Assembly (NCBI RefSeq): GCF_009914755.1
Contig: NC_060938.1
Length of the DNA stretch: 64,000 bases
DNA from: the human T2T-CHM13v2.0 reference genome, Homo sapiens
Direction: 5' to 3' (one strand)
Shown piece by piece: positions 14,151 through 29,100 of the stretch (position 1 is its first letter; each line of letters starts with the position of its first letter). The notes below the pieces were generated by a model. That model was not told where the DNA came from and searched no databases. It was given only the letters and a program-made list of their open reading frames with translations. The position numbers and the translations under genes were made by a program.

Positions 14151-17100
14151 CAAAAAGAGTTTTTCACACCTGCTCTATTAAAAGAAAAGTTCAACTCTGT
14201 GAGTTGAGTACTCACATCAGAAAGCAGTTTCTTAGAATTCTTGTGTCTAGTTTTCATGTGAAGATATCTCCTTTTTCACCATAGGCCTCAAAGTGTTTCA
14301 AGTTTCAACTTACAGATTCAACAAAGAGAGTGTTTCAAAACTGCTCTATGAAAAGTAATGTTCAACTCTGTGAGTTGAATGCAAGCATTACAAAGAAGTT
14401 TCTGAGATTGCTTCTGTCTATTTTTTATGTGAAGATATTGCCGTTTACAGTGAAGGCCTCAAAGTTTTCCAAACATACACTTTCAAATTGTACAAAAAGA
14501 CTGTTTCCAATCTGCTCTATCAAAAGATTCAACTCTGTGAGTTGAAACACACATCTAAAAGTAGTTTCTGAAAATGCTTCTGTCTAGTTTTATGTGAAGA
14601 TATTCTGGTTTCCCATGAAATCCTGAATTCTGTCCTAATATCCAGTTGTAAATTCTACAAGAAGAGTGTTTAAAAACTTCTGTATCAAAAGAAAGATTTA
14701 ACTGCGTGAGTTGAGTTCATGCATCACAAAGAAGTTTCTGAGAATGCTTCTGTCTAGTTTTTATGGGAAGATATTTTGTTTCCACCGTAGGCCTGAAAGC
14801 GCTCCAAATGTCCACTTGCAGATACTACAAAAAGAGTTTTCCAAAACTGCTCTAGGAACGGGAAAGTTCAACTCTCTGAGATGAATGCAAACATCACAAA
14901 GAAGTTCCTGAGAATGCTTTAGTCTAGTTTTTATGTGAAGATATTCACTTCTGCAACAATATCCTCAAAGCTATCCAAATATCCACTTGCAGATTCTACA
15001 AAAAGAGTGTTTAAAAACTGCTCTATCAAAAGGGAAGTTCAACTCTGTGAGTTGAGTGCACAAATCACAATGAAGTTTCTGAGAATTCTTATGTCTAGTT
15101 TTCATGGGAAGATATTTCTTTTTTCACTATAGGCCTCAAAGCACTCAAAGTTTCCATTTACAGATTCTACAAAAACTATTTTTCAGAACTGCTCTCTGAA
15201 AAGGAATGTTCAACTCTGTGAGTTGAATGCAAGCATCACAAAAAAGTTTCTGAGAATGCTTCTGTCTAGTTTTTATGTGAAGATATACCCGTTTCCAGTG
15301 AAGTCCTTAAAGCTGTCCAAATATCCACTTGCAAATTTGAGAAAAAGAGTCTTTCCAATCTGCTCTATTAAAGGAAAGTTTCAACTCTGTGAGTTGAAAG
15401 CACACATCACAAAGAAGTTCCTGAGAATGCTTCTGTCTAGTTTTATGTGAAGATATTCCCTTTTCCAACGAAAAAGTCAATGCTGTCCAAATATCGACTT
15501 GTAAATTCCACAAGAAGAGTGTTTCAAAAGTGCTCTCACAAAGGAAAGGTTTATCCGTGAGTTGAGTGCACAAATCAAAAATTAGTTTCTGAGAATGCTT
15601 CTGTCTTCTTTTTATGTGAAGATATTTCCTTTTTCACCATAGGTCTCAAATCGCACCAAATGTTGACTTGCAGATTCTACAAAAAGAGTTTCTCAAAACT
15701 GCTCTATCAAATGAAAAGTTCAACTCTGTGAGTTGAGTACGCACATCACAAAGAAGTTTCTTAGAATTCTTGTGTGTAGCTTTTATGGGAAGATATCTCC
15801 TTTTTCATCATAGGCCTCAAAGCGCTCCAAGTTTCAACTTACAGATCCTACAAAAAGAGTGTTTCAAAACTGCTCAATGAAAAGGAATGTTCAACTCTGT
15901 GAGTTGAATGCAAGCATCACATAGAAGTTTCTGAGAATGCTTCTGTCTAGTTTTTATGTGAAGATCAACCCGTTTCCAGCGAAAACGTCAAAGCAGTCAA
16001 AATATTCACTTGCAAATTCTACAAAAGAGTGTTTCCAATCTGCTTCATCAAAAGAATGTTTCAACTCTGTGAGTTGAATGCACACATCACAAAGAAGTTT
16101 CTGAGAATGCTTCTGTCTAGTTTTATGAGACGATTTTCCCGTTTCCAATGAAATCCTCATTGCTGTGTTAATATCCACTTGTAACTTCCACAAGAAGAGT
16201 GTTTCAAAACTGCTGTATCAAAGGAAAGGTTTAACTCTGTCACTTCAGTACACACATCACGAAGTAATTTGTAAGAATTCTTCTGTCTACTTTTTATGTG
16301 AAGATATTTACTTTTCAACCATAGGTCTCAAATCGCTCCAAATGTGCACTTGCAGATTCTACATAAAGAGTTTTTCAAAACTGCTGTATCAAAGGAAAGG
16401 TTTAACTCTGTGAGTTGAGTACACACATCACAAAGTAGTTTCTGAGAATGCTTCTGTCTACTTTTTATGTGAAGATATTTCCTTTTTCACCATAGGTCTC
16501 AAATCACTCCAAATATCCACTTGCAGATTCCTCAAAAAGAGTGTTTCAAAACTGCTCTATGAATAGGAATTTTCAACTCTGTAAGATGAATGCAACATCA
16601 CAAATAAGTTTCTGAGAATGCTTCTCTCTAGTTTTTAGGTGAAGGTATTCCCGTTTCCAACGAAATCCTCAAAGCTATCCAAATATCCACTTGCACTCTC
16701 TCCAAAGGAGTGTTTCAAAACTGCTGTATCAAAAGAAAAGTTCAAGTCTGTGAGTTGAGTACACACATCAAAAAGAAGTATCTGAGAATTCTTCTGTCTA
16801 GTTTTTATAGGAAGATGTTTCCTTTTTCAGCGTATGCATCAAAGAGCTCCAAGTTTCCACTTACAGAGTCTTCAGAAAGAATGTTTCAAAACTGCTCTAT
16901 GAAAAGGAATGTTCACCTCTGTGAGTAGAATGCAAGCATCACAAAAAAGTTTCTGGGAATGCTTCTGTCTAGTTTTTATGTGAAGACATTCCCGTTTCCA
17001 ACGAAAGCTTAAAAGCTATCCAAATATCCACTTGCAGATTCTACAAAAAGAGTGTTTCAAAACTGCAGTATCAACAGAAAGGTTCAACTCTGTGAGCTGA

Positions 17101-20100
17101 GTACACACATCACAGAGAAGTTTCTGGGAATGCTTCTGTCTAGTTTTTATGTGAAGATATTTCCTTTTTCAGCATAGGCCTCAATGGGTTCCAAATGTCC
17201 TTTTCCAGGTACTACAAAAAGAGTGTTTCAAAACTGCTCTATGAAAGGGAATGTTCAACTCTGTGAGTTGAATGCAAACATCATGAAGAAGTTTCTGAGA
17301 ATACTTCTGACTAGTTTTTATGTGAAGATATTCCCATTTCCAATGAAAGCCTCAAAGCTGTCCAAATATTCCCTTGCAGATCCTACAAAGAGAGTGTTTC
17401 AAAACTACTCTAAAAAAAGAAATGTTCAACTCTGTGAGTTGAGTACACATATCACAAAGAAGTTTCTTAGCATGTTTCTGTCCTGTTTTTATTTGTAGAT
17501 CTTCCGGTTTCCCGTGAAGGCCTCAAAGCTGTCCAAATATCCACTTGCAAATTCTACATAAAGAGGGTTTCCAATCTGCTCTATCAAAAGAAATGTTCAA
17601 CACTGTGAGTTGAATGCACTCATCACAAAGTAGTTTCTGAGAATGCTTCGGTCTAGTATTTATGTGAAGATGTTTCCTTTTTCTCCATAGGCCTCAAAGT
17701 GCTCCAAAAGTCCCCTTGCAGATACTACAAAAATAGTGTTTCAAAACTGCTCTATGAAAGGGAATGTTCAACTCTGTGAGTTGAATGCACACATCACAAA
17801 GAAGTTTCTGAGAATGCTTCTGTTTAGTTTTCTTGTGATGATATTTTATTTTTCACCATAGGCTTCAAAGCACTCCAAAGTCCTCTTGCAGATACTACAA
17901 AAGGAGTGTTTCAAAACTGCCCTATGAAAAATAACGTTCAACTCTGTGAGTTGCATGCAAACATCACAAAGAAGTTTCTGATAATTCTCCTGTCTACTTT
18001 TTATGTGAAGATATTCGCGTTTCCCACGAAAGCCTCAAAGTTATCCAAATATCCACTTGCAGATTCTACAAAAAGAGTGTTTCAAAACTCTCTATCAAAA
18101 GAAAGTTTCAACTCTGTGAGTTGAGTACACACATCACAAAGAAGTTTCTGAGAATTCTTCTGTCTATTTTTTATGGGAAGATACACCCGTTTCCAATGAA
18201 AGCGTCAAAGCTGTCCAAATATCCACTTGCAAATTCTACAAAAAGAGTGTTTCAAATCCGCTCTATCGAAAGTAAGTTTCAACTCTGTGAGATGAATGCA
18301 CACATCACAAAGATGTTTCTGAGAATGCTTCTGTCCAGTTTTTATGTGAAGATACCCCCGTTTCCCATGAAAGCGTCAAAGCTGTCCAAATATCCATTTG
18401 CAAATTCTACAAAAAGAGTGTTTCCAATCTGCTCTATTTAAAGAAAGTTTCAACACTGTGAGTTGAATGAACATATCCCAAAGAAGTTTCTAAGAATGTT
18501 TCTATCTAGTTTTTATGTGAAGATATTCCTGTTACCAACCAAAGCTTCAAAGCTGTCCAAATATCCACTTGTAAATGCTTCAAAAATAGTGATTCAAAAC
18601 TATTCTAGCAAAGGAAAGATTCATCTCTGTGAGTTGAGTACACGCATCACAAAGAAGTTTCTGAAAATGCTTTTGTCTAGTTTTTATGTGAAGATATTTC
18701 CTTTTTCACCATAGGCCACCAAGCACTCCATATCTCCACTTGCAGATTCTACAAAAAGAGTGTTTCAAAACTGCTCTATGAAAAGGAATGTTCATCTCTG
18801 TGAGATGATTGAAAGCATCACAAAGAATTTTCTGAGAATGCTTCTGTCTGGTTTTTATGTGAAGATATTCCCGTGTCCAAGGAAAGCCTTAAAGGTGTCC
18901 TTATATCCACTTGTAAATTCTACAAGAAGAGTGTTTCCAAGCTGCTCTATCAAAAGAAAGGTTTAACTCTGTGAGTTGAGTACACACATTATAAAGAAGT
19001 TTCTGAGAATGCTTCTGTCTAGTTTCTATATGAAGATATTCCCGTTTCGAATGAAGGCCTCAAAGTGCTCCAAATGACAACTTACAGATTCTGAAAAAGA
19101 GTGTTTCAAAATTGCTGTATGAAAAGGAATGTTCAACTCTGTGAGTTGTGTGCACACATCACAAATAAGTTTCTGAGAATTCTTCTGACTAGTTTTTATG
19201 TGAAAATATTCTCGTTTCCAACGAAAGCCTCAAAGCTGTCCAAATATTCCCTTGCAGATCCTATAAAGAGAGGGTTTCAAAACTGCTCTATGAAAAACAA
19301 ATGTTCAACTCTGTGAGTTGAGGACACGCATCACAAAGATGTTTCCCAGAATGTTTCTGTCTTGTTTTTATGTGAAGGTATACCTGTTTCCTGTGAAGGC
19401 CTCTAAGCTGTCCAAATATCCACTTGCAAATTCTACAAAAAGAGTGTTTCCAATCTGCTCTATGAAAAGAAAGTTTCCACTGTGTGAGTTGAATGCACAC
19501 ATCTCAAAGAAGTTTCTGAGAATGCTTCTGTCTAGTTTTTATGTGAACATATTCCCGTTTCCAACGAAGGCCACAAAGCGCTCCAAATGTCCACATGCAG
19601 ATTCCACAAAAGAGTTTTTCAAAACTGCTGTATCAAAAGAAAGATTCAACACGGTGAGTTGTGTACACACATCACAAATAAGTTTCTGACAATGCTTCTG
19701 TCTAGTTTTTCTGTTAAGATATTTCCTTTTTCATCACAGGCCACAAAGCACACCAAATATCCACTTGCAGATCCTGCAAAGAGAGTGTTTCAAAACTCTG
19801 CTAACAAAAGAAGGGTTCAACTCTGTGAGTTGAGTGAACACATCACAAATATGTTTCTGAGAATGATTCTGTCTAGTTTTTATATGAAGATGCTCCCGTT
19901 TCCAATGAAATCTTCAAAGCTATCCAAATATCCACTTGCAGATTCTACAAAAAGAGTGTTTCAAAATTGCTCTATGAATAGAAATGTTCAACACTGTACA
20001 TTGAACGCAGACATCACAAGGAAGTTTCTGAGAATGCTTCTGTCTAGTTTTTATATGAAGATATTCCCGTTTCCAACGAAAGCCTCAAAGGTGTCCTAAT

Positions 20101-23100
20101 ATCCACTTTTAAATTTTACAAGAAGAGTGTTTCAAAAGTGCTCTTTCAAAAGAAAGTTTTACCTCTGTGAGTTGAGTACACACATCACTAAGAAGTTTCT
20201 GAGAATGCTTCTGTCGACTTTTTATGTGAAGGTATTACCTTTTTCACCATAGGCCTCAAAGCGCTCAATATATCCAATTCCAGATACTACAATAAGAGTG
20301 TTTCAAAACTGCTCTATGAAAGGGAATGTTCACCTCTGTGGGTTGAATGCAAACATCACCAAGAAGTTTCTGAGAATGTTTCTGTCTAGTTTTTATGTGA
20401 AGATATTCCCGTTTCCAACGAAGGCCACAAAGCACTCCAAATGTCCACGTGCAGATTAAACAAAAAGGGTGTTTCAAAACTGCTGTATCAAAAGAAAGGT
20501 TCCACTCTGTGAGTTGTCTGCACACATCACAGAAAAGTTTCTGACAATACTTCTGTCGAGTTTTTATATTAAGATATTTCCTTTTTCACCATAGGCCTCA
20601 AAGCACACCGAATGTCCACTTGCAGATCCTACAAAGAGAGTGTTTCAAAACTCCTCTAACAAAAGAAAGGTTTAACTCTGTCAGTTCAATGCACACATCA
20701 CAAAGGTATGTCTGATAATGATTCTGTCTAGTTTCTATGTGAAGATATTCCTCTTTCGAAAGAAGGCCTCAAAATGCTCCAAATGACCACTTGGAGATTC
20801 TACAAAAAGAGTGTTTCAAAACTCCTCTATGAAAAGAAGTGATCAAATCTGTGGGTTTAATGCAAACATCACAAAGAAGTTTTGGAGAATGCTTCTGTCT
20901 AGTTTTTATGTGAAGATATTTCCTTTTTCACCATAGGTCTCAAAGCGCTCCAAATGTCCACTTCCAGATATTACAAAAAGAGTGTTTCAAAACTGTCCTA
21001 TGTAAAGGAATGTTCAACTCCGTGAGTTGAATGCAAACATTACAAAGAAGTTTCTGAAAATGCTTCTGCCTAGTTTTCATGTTAAGATATTTCCTTTTTC
21101 AACATAGGCCTCAAAGCACAACAAATGTCCACCTGCAGATTCTACAAAGACAGTGTTTCAAAGCTGCTCTACCAAAAGAAGGTTTCAACTCTGTGAGTTG
21201 AATGCACACATCACAAGGTTGTTTCTGACAATGCTTCTGTCTAGTTTTTATGTGAAGATATTCCCGATTCGAAAGAAGGCCTCAAAGTGCTACAATTGAC
21301 CACTCGCAGATTCTACAAAAATTGTGTTTCAAATCTGCTCTATGAAAAGGAATGTTCAACTCTGTGAGTTGAATGCAAACATCACAAAAATTTTCTGAGA
21401 ATTCGTCTGTTTAGTTTTTATATGAAGATATTTCCTTTTTCACCATAGGCCTCAAAGCGCTCCAAGAGTCCACTTACAGACTCTACAAAAAGAGAGTTTC
21501 AAAACTGTTCTATGAAAAGTAATGTTCAACTCTGTGAGTTGAATGCAAGCATCACAAAGTAGTTTCTGAGAATGCTTCTGTCTAGTTTTTATGTGAAGAT
21601 ATTCCCATTTCCAGCGAAGGCCTCAAAGCTGTCCAAATATCCACTTGCAAATTCTATAAAAAGAGTGTTTCAAATCTACTCTGTCAAAGGAAAGTTTCAA
21701 CTCTGTGAGTTGAATGCACACATCACAAAGAAGTTTCTGAGAATTCTTCTCTCTGGTTTTTATGTGAAGATATTCCCGTTTCTAATGAAAGCCTCAAAGC
21801 TGACTTAATATCCACTTGTAAATTCTACAAAAAGTGTGTTTCAGAACAGCTCTATCAAAAGAAAGCTTTTACTCTGTGAGTTGAGTACACACATAACAAA
21901 GTAGTTTCTGAGAATGCCTCTGGCTACTTTTTACTTGTAGATATTTCTTTTTTCACCATAGGCCTCAAATCGTTACAAACGTCCACTTGCAGATTCTACA
22001 AAAAGAGTGTTTCAAAACTGCTCTATGAAAAGGAAGGGTCAACTCTGTGAGTTGGATGCAAACATCACAAAGAAGTTTCTGAGAATGCTTCTGCCTAGTT
22101 TTTATGTGAAAATATTCCCGTTTCCAATGAGAGCCTCAAATCTCTCCAAATATCGACTTGCAGATCGTACAAAGAGAGTGTTTCAAAACTTCTCTTTCAA
22201 AAGAAATGCTCAACTCTGTGAGTTGAGGACACACATCACAAAGAAGTTTCTTAGAATGCTTCTATCTTGTTTTTATGTGAAGATATTCTCGTTTCCTGCG
22301 AAGGCCTCAAATTTGTCCAAATACCCACTTGTAAATACTACAAAAAGAGTGTTTCCAATCTGCTCTATCAAAAGAAAAGTTTAACTCTGTGAGTTGACTG
22401 CACACATCTCAAAGAAGTTTCTGAGAATGCTTCTGTCTAGTTTTCCTATGAAGACATTTCCTTTTTCACTGTAGGTCTCATAGCACAACAAATGTCCACT
22501 TGCAGATTCTACAAAGAGAGTGTTTCAAAATTGCTCTATCAAAAGAAAGGTTCAACTCTCTGACTTCATTACAGATATCACAAAGAAGTTTCTGAGAATG
22601 CTTCTGTCTAGTTTTCATGTGAAGATATTTCCTTTTTTGCCATAGGCCTCAAAGCCCCCCAAATATCCACTTCCAGATACTACAAAAGAGTGTTTCAAAA
22701 CTGCTCTATGAAGAGGAGTGTTCAACTCTGTGAGTTGAATGCAAGCATCACAAAAAGTTTCTGAGAATGCTTCTGTCTAGTTTTTTTGTTAAGATATTTC
22801 TTTTTCACCATAGACCTCAAAGCACACCCAATGTCAACTTGCAGATTCTACAAAGAGAGTGTTTCAAAACTGCTCTATCAAAAGACGGTTTCTACTCTGT
22901 GAGTTGAATGCACACATCAGAAAGATGTTTCTGATAATGATTCTGTCTAATGTTTATGTGACGATATTTTCTTTTTCACCTTAGGCCTCAAAGCGCTCCA
23001 AATGTCCCCTTCCAGATACTACAAAAACAGTGTTTCAAAACTGCTCTATCAAAAGAAAAGATCAACTCTGTGAGTTGAGTGCACACATCACAAAGAAGTT

Positions 23101-26100
23101 TCTGAGAATGCTTCTGTCTAGTTTTTATGTGAAGATAGTTCCGTTTCCAAAGAAAGCGTCAATGCTGTCCAAATATCCAATTGCAAATACTACAAAAAGT
23201 GTTTCCAATCTGCTCTATTAAAAGAAAGTGTCAACACCGTGATTTGAATGCACACTTCACAGAGAAGTTTCTGAGAATTCTTCTGTCTAGTTTTTAAGTG
23301 AAGATATTCCCGTTTCCAAAGAAAGCCTCAAAGCTGTCCAAGTATCCACTTGGAAATGCTTCAAAAGGAGTGATTCAAAACTGCTGTAGCAAAAGAAAGA
23401 TTCATCTGTGAGTTGAGTACACACTTCACAAAGAAGTTTCTGAGAATGCTTTTGTCTCATTTTTATGTGAAGATATTTCCTTTTTCACTATAGGCCACCA
23501 AGCGCTCCAAATGTCCACTTGCAGATTCCAGAAAGAGTGTTTCAAAACTGCTCTATGAAAAGGAATGTTCAACTCTGTGAGTTGAATGCAAACATCACAA
23601 AGAAGTTTCTGAGAATATTTCTGTCTGGTTTTTATATGAAGATATTCCCGTTTCCAAGGAAAGCCTCAAAGGTGTCCTAATATCCACTTGTAAATTCTAC
23701 AAGAAGAGTGTTTCAAAACTGCTCTATCAAAGGAAAGATTTAAATCTGTGAGTTGAGTACACATATCACAAAGAAGTTTCTGAGAATGCTTCTGTCTAGT
23801 TTTTATGTGAAGATATTTCCTTTTTCACCATTGGCCTCAAAGCGCTCCAAACGTCCACTTCCAGATTCTACAAAAAGAGTGTTTCAAAACTGCTCTATGA
23901 AAGAGAAAGTTCAACTCTGTGAGTTGAATGCAAACATCACAAAGAAGTTTCTAAGAATGCTTCTCTCTAGTTTTTATGTGGAGATATTTCCGTTTCCAAC
24001 GTAGGCCACAAAGCGCTCCAAATGTGCGCTTGCAGATTCCACAAAAAGAGTGTTTCAAAATTTCTCTCTCAAAAGAAAGGTTCAACTATGTGAGCTGAGT
24101 GCACACATCACAAATAAGTTTCAGAGAATGCTTCTGTCTAGTTTTTATGTTAAGATATTTCCGTTTTCACCACAAGCCTCAAAGCATACCAGATGTCCAC
24201 TTGCAGATTCTACAAAGAGAGTGTTTCAAAACTGCTCTATCAAAAGAAGGGTTCAATTCTGTGAGTTGAATGCACAAATCACAAAGATGTTGCTGATAAT
24301 AATTCTGTCCAGTTTTTAAGTGAAGATATTCCCGTTTGAAACGAAGGCCTCAAAGTGCTCCAAAGACCACTTGTAGATTCTGCAAAAAGAGTGTTTCAAA
24401 ACTGCTCTATGACAAGGAATGTTCAACTCTGTGAGTTGAATGCAAATATCACAGTGAAGTTTCTGAGAATGCTTCTCTTTAGTTTTTATGTGAAGATATT
24501 CCCGTTTCCAACGAAGGCCACAAAGCGCTCTTAATGTCCACGTGCAGATTGCACAAAAAGAGTGTTTCGAAACTGCTCTATCAAAAGATAGGTTCAACTC
24601 TGTGAGTGGAGTGCACACATCACAAATAAGATTCTGAGAATGCTTCTGTCAAGTTTTTATGTTAAGATTTTTCCTTTTTCATCATAGGCCTCATGCACAC
24701 CAAATGTCCACTTGCACATACTACAAAGAGAGTGTTTCAAACTGCTCTATCAAAAGAAGGGTTCAAATCTGTGAGTTTAATGCACACATCACAAAGATGT
24801 TTCTGAAAATGCTTCGGTCTAGTTTTTCTGTGAAGATATTCCCTTTTCGAAGGAAGGCATCAAAGCGCTCCAAATGACCACTTGCAGATCCTACAAAAAG
24901 AGTGTTTCGAAACTCCTCTATGAAAAGGAATGTTCAACTCTGTGAGTTGGCTGCACACATCACAAAGTAGTTTCTGAGAATGCTTCTGTCTGGTTTTTAT
25001 GTGAAGACATTTCCTTTTCCACCATAGGCCTCAAAGCGCTCCAAATGTCCAAGTGCAGATTCTACAAAAAGAATGTTTCAAAACTGCTCTATGAAAAGAA
25101 ATGTTCAACTCTGTGAGTGGAATGCAAAAATCAAAAAGTAGTTTACTAGAACGCTTCTGCCTAGTTTTTATGTGAAGATACACCCGTTTACAAAGAAGGC
25201 CTCAAAGCAGTCCAAATATCCACTTGCAAATTCTACAAAAAGAGTGTTTCAAAACTGCTCTTTCAAAAGAAAGGTTCAACTCTGTTAGTTGAGTGCGCAC
25301 ATCACAAAAAAGTTTCTGAGAATGCTTCTGTCTAGTTTTTATGGGAAGATATTCCATTTCCAGCGAAAGCCTCAAAGCTGTCCAAATAGCCATTAGCAGT
25401 ATCTACAAAGAGAGTGTTTCAAAACTGCTCTATCAAAAGAAAGGTTTAACTCTGTGAGTTGAGTACACACATCACAAAGTTGTTTCTGAGTATGCTTCTA
25501 TCTGGTTTTTATGTGAAGTTATTTCTTTTTCCACCATAGGCTTCAAAGCGCTCCAAATGTCCACTTGCAGGATCTACAAAAAGAGTGTTTCAAAACTGCT
25601 CTATGAAAGGGAATGTTTAACTTTGTGAGTTGAATGCAAACATCAAAAAGAACTTTCCTAGAATGCTTCTGTCTAGTTTTTATAAGAAAATAGTCCCTTT
25701 TCCAGTGATGGCTTCAAAACTGTCCAAATATCCAGTTGCAGATTCTACAAAGAGAGTGTTTCAAAACTGCTCTATCAAAAGAAGTGTTCAAATCTGTGAG
25801 TTGAGTATGCACATCACAAATTAGTTTCTGAGAATATTTCTGTCTAGTTTTTATATGAAGATACTCCCGTTCCCAGCGAAGGCCTTAAAGCTGTCCAAAT
25901 ATCCACTTGCAAATTCTGCAAAAAGAGTGTTTCCAATCTGCTATATCAAAAGAAAGTTTCAACACTGTGAATTGAATGCACACATCACAAGGGAGTGTCT
26001 GAGAATGCTTCTGTCTAGTTTTTTGTGAAGATATTCCCGTTTCCAACGAAAGCCTCATAGCTGTAAAATATCCACTTGTAAATGCTTCAAAAAGAGTGAT

Positions 26101-29100
26101 TCAAATCTGCTCTATTAAAAGATAGGTTCACTTCTGTGAGTTGAGTACACACATCACAAAGAAGTTTCTGAGAATGCTTCTGTCTAGTTTTTATGTGAAG
26201 ATATTTCCTTTTTCACCATAGTCCTCAAAGCGCTTCAAATGTCCATTGCAGATTCTACAAAAAGAGTGTTTCAAAACTGCTCTATGAAAAGGAATGTTCA
26301 ACTCTGTGAGTTGAATGCAAACATCGCAAAGAAGTTTCTGAGAATGCTTCTGTCTAGTTTTTATGTGAAGATATTTCCGTTTCCAACGAAAGTCTCAAAG
26401 CTGTCCAAATATCCACTTGTAAATGCTGTAAAAAGAGTGTTTCAAAACTGCTCTAGCAAAGGAAAAGTTCATCTCTGTGTGTTTAGTAAACACATCAAAA
26501 AGAATTTCCTGAGAATGCTTCTGTCTAGTTTTTATGGGAAGATATTCCCGTTTCCAACCAAAGTCTCAAAGCTATCCAAATATCCCCTTGTAAATGCTGC
26601 AAAAAGAGTGTTTCAAAACTGCTCTAGAAAAAGAAAGGTTCATCTCTGTGAGTTGAATACATGCATTACCAAGAAGTTTGTGAGAATGCCTCTGTCTAGT
26701 TTTTATGTGAAGATATTTCCTTTTTCACTATAGGCCTCAATGCACTCCGAATGTCCACTTGCAGATTCTACAAAAAGAGTCTTTCAAAACTGCTCTATGA
26801 AAAGGAATGTTCAACTCTGACTTAAATGCAAACATCACAAAGAGGTCTCTGAGAATGCTTCTGTCTAGTTTTTATGTGAATATATTCCCGTTTCCAACGA
26901 AGGCCACAAAGCGCTCCAAATGTCCACATACAGATTCTACAAAAGGAGTGTTTAAATACGCTCTATCAAAAGAAAGGTTCAATTCTGTGTGTTGAGTGAA
27001 CACATCACAAAGAAGTTTCTGAGCCTGCTTCTATCTAGTTTTTATGTGAAGATATGCCCTTTACGAACGAAGGCATCAAAGCGCTTCAAATGTCCACTTG
27101 CAGATACTAAAAAGGAGTGTTTCAAAACTACTCTCTGAAAAGGAGTGTTCAACTCTGTGAGTTGAATGTAATCATCACAGAGAAGTTTCTGAGAATGCCA
27201 CTGTCTAGTGTTTTGTGAACATATTCCCGTTTCCAACAAGCCCTCAAAGCTCCCAAATATTCACTTGCAGATTCTACAAAAAGAGTGCTTCAAAACTGCT
27301 CTGTCAAAAGAAAGGTTTAACTCTGTGAGTTGAGTGCACACATCACAAAGAAGTTTATGAGAATTCTTCTGTCTAGTTTTTATCTTAAGATATTTCGTTT
27401 TTCACCATATACCTCAAGCACCCCAAATGTCCACTTGCACATTCTACAAAGAGAGTGTTTCAAAACTGCTCTATGAAAAGGAATGTTCAACTCTGTGAGT
27501 TGAATGCAAGCATGACAAAAAAGTTTCTGAGAATGCCTCTGTCTAGTTTTTATTTGAATATAATACTGTTTCCAACGAAAGGCTCAAAGCTTTCCAAACA
27601 TCCAGTTGGAGATACTACAAAAAGAGTGTTTGAAACCTGCTCTATGAAAAGGAATGTTCAACTCTGTGAATTATATGCACACATAGCAAAGAAGTTTCTG
27701 AGAATCCTTCTGTCTAATATTTATGTGAATATATTCCCGTTTCCAACGAAGGCCACAAAGCGCTCTAAATGTCCACTTGCAGATTGTACTGAAAGAGTGT
27801 TTAAAAACGCTCTGTCAAATAAAGCTTCAACTCTGTGTGTTGACTGCACACATCACAAAGAAGTTTCTGAGAATGCTTCTGTCTAGTTTTTATGCTAAGA
27901 TATTTCCTTTTTCACCATAGTCCTCAAAGCACACAAAATGTCAACTTGCAGATTCTACAAAGAGAGTGTTTCAAAACTGCTCTATCAAAAGAAGGGTACA
28001 ACTCTGTGAGTTGAATGCACACATCACAAAGAAGTTTCTGAGAATGCTTCTGTCTAGTTTTTATGTGAAGATATGCCCGTTTTGAATGAAGTCTTCAACA
28101 AGCTCCAAATGTCCACTTCCAGATCCTACAAAAAGAGTGTTTCAAAACTGCTCTATGAAAAGGAATGTTCAACTCTATATGAGTTGAATGCAAACATCAC
28201 ATAGAAGTTTCTGAGAATGCTTCTGTCTAGTTTTTATGTGAACATATTCCCATTTCCAATGAAGGCCACAAAGTGCTCCAAATGTCCACTTGCAGATACT
28301 ACAAAAAGAGTGTTTCAAAACTGCTCTATGAAAAGGTATGTTCAACTCTATGAGTTGAATGCAAACATCACATAGAAGTTTCTGAGAATGCTTCTGTCTA
28401 GTTTTTATGTGAAGATATTACCGTTTCCAATGAAGGCCACAAAGCTCTCCAAATGTCCACTTGCAGGTTCTACAAAAAGAGTGTTTCAAACTGCTCTATG
28501 AAAAGGACTGTTCAACTCTGTGAGTTGAATGCACACATCACAAAGAAATTCCTGAGAATGCTTCTGTCTAGTTTTTATGTGAAGATATTTCCTTTTTCAC
28601 CATAGGCCTCAAAGCACTCCAGATGTCCACTTGCAGATACAATAAAAAGAGTGTTTGAAATCTCCTCTATGAAAAGGAATGTTCAACAATGTTAGTTGAA
28701 TGCAGTCATCACAAAGAAGTTTCTGAGAATGATTCTCTCTAGTTTTTATGTGAAGATATTCCCGTTTCCAACGAAAGCCTGAAATGTATCCAAATATCCA
28801 TTTGCAGATTCTACAAAGAGAGTGTTTCAAAACTGCTCTATTAAAAGAAAGGTTCAACTCTGTGAGCTGAGTACACACATCACAAGGAAGTTTCTGAGAG
28901 TGATTCTGTCTAGTTTTTATGTGAAGATATTTCCTTTTCCACCATAGGCCTCAAAGTGCTCCAAATGTCCACTTGCAGATTCTACAAAAAGAGTGTTTCA
29001 AAACTGCTCTCTGAAAAGTAACATTCAACTCTGTGAGTTGAATGCAAATATCAAAAAGATGTTTCCTAGAGTGCTTCTATCTAGTTTTTCTGTGAAGATA

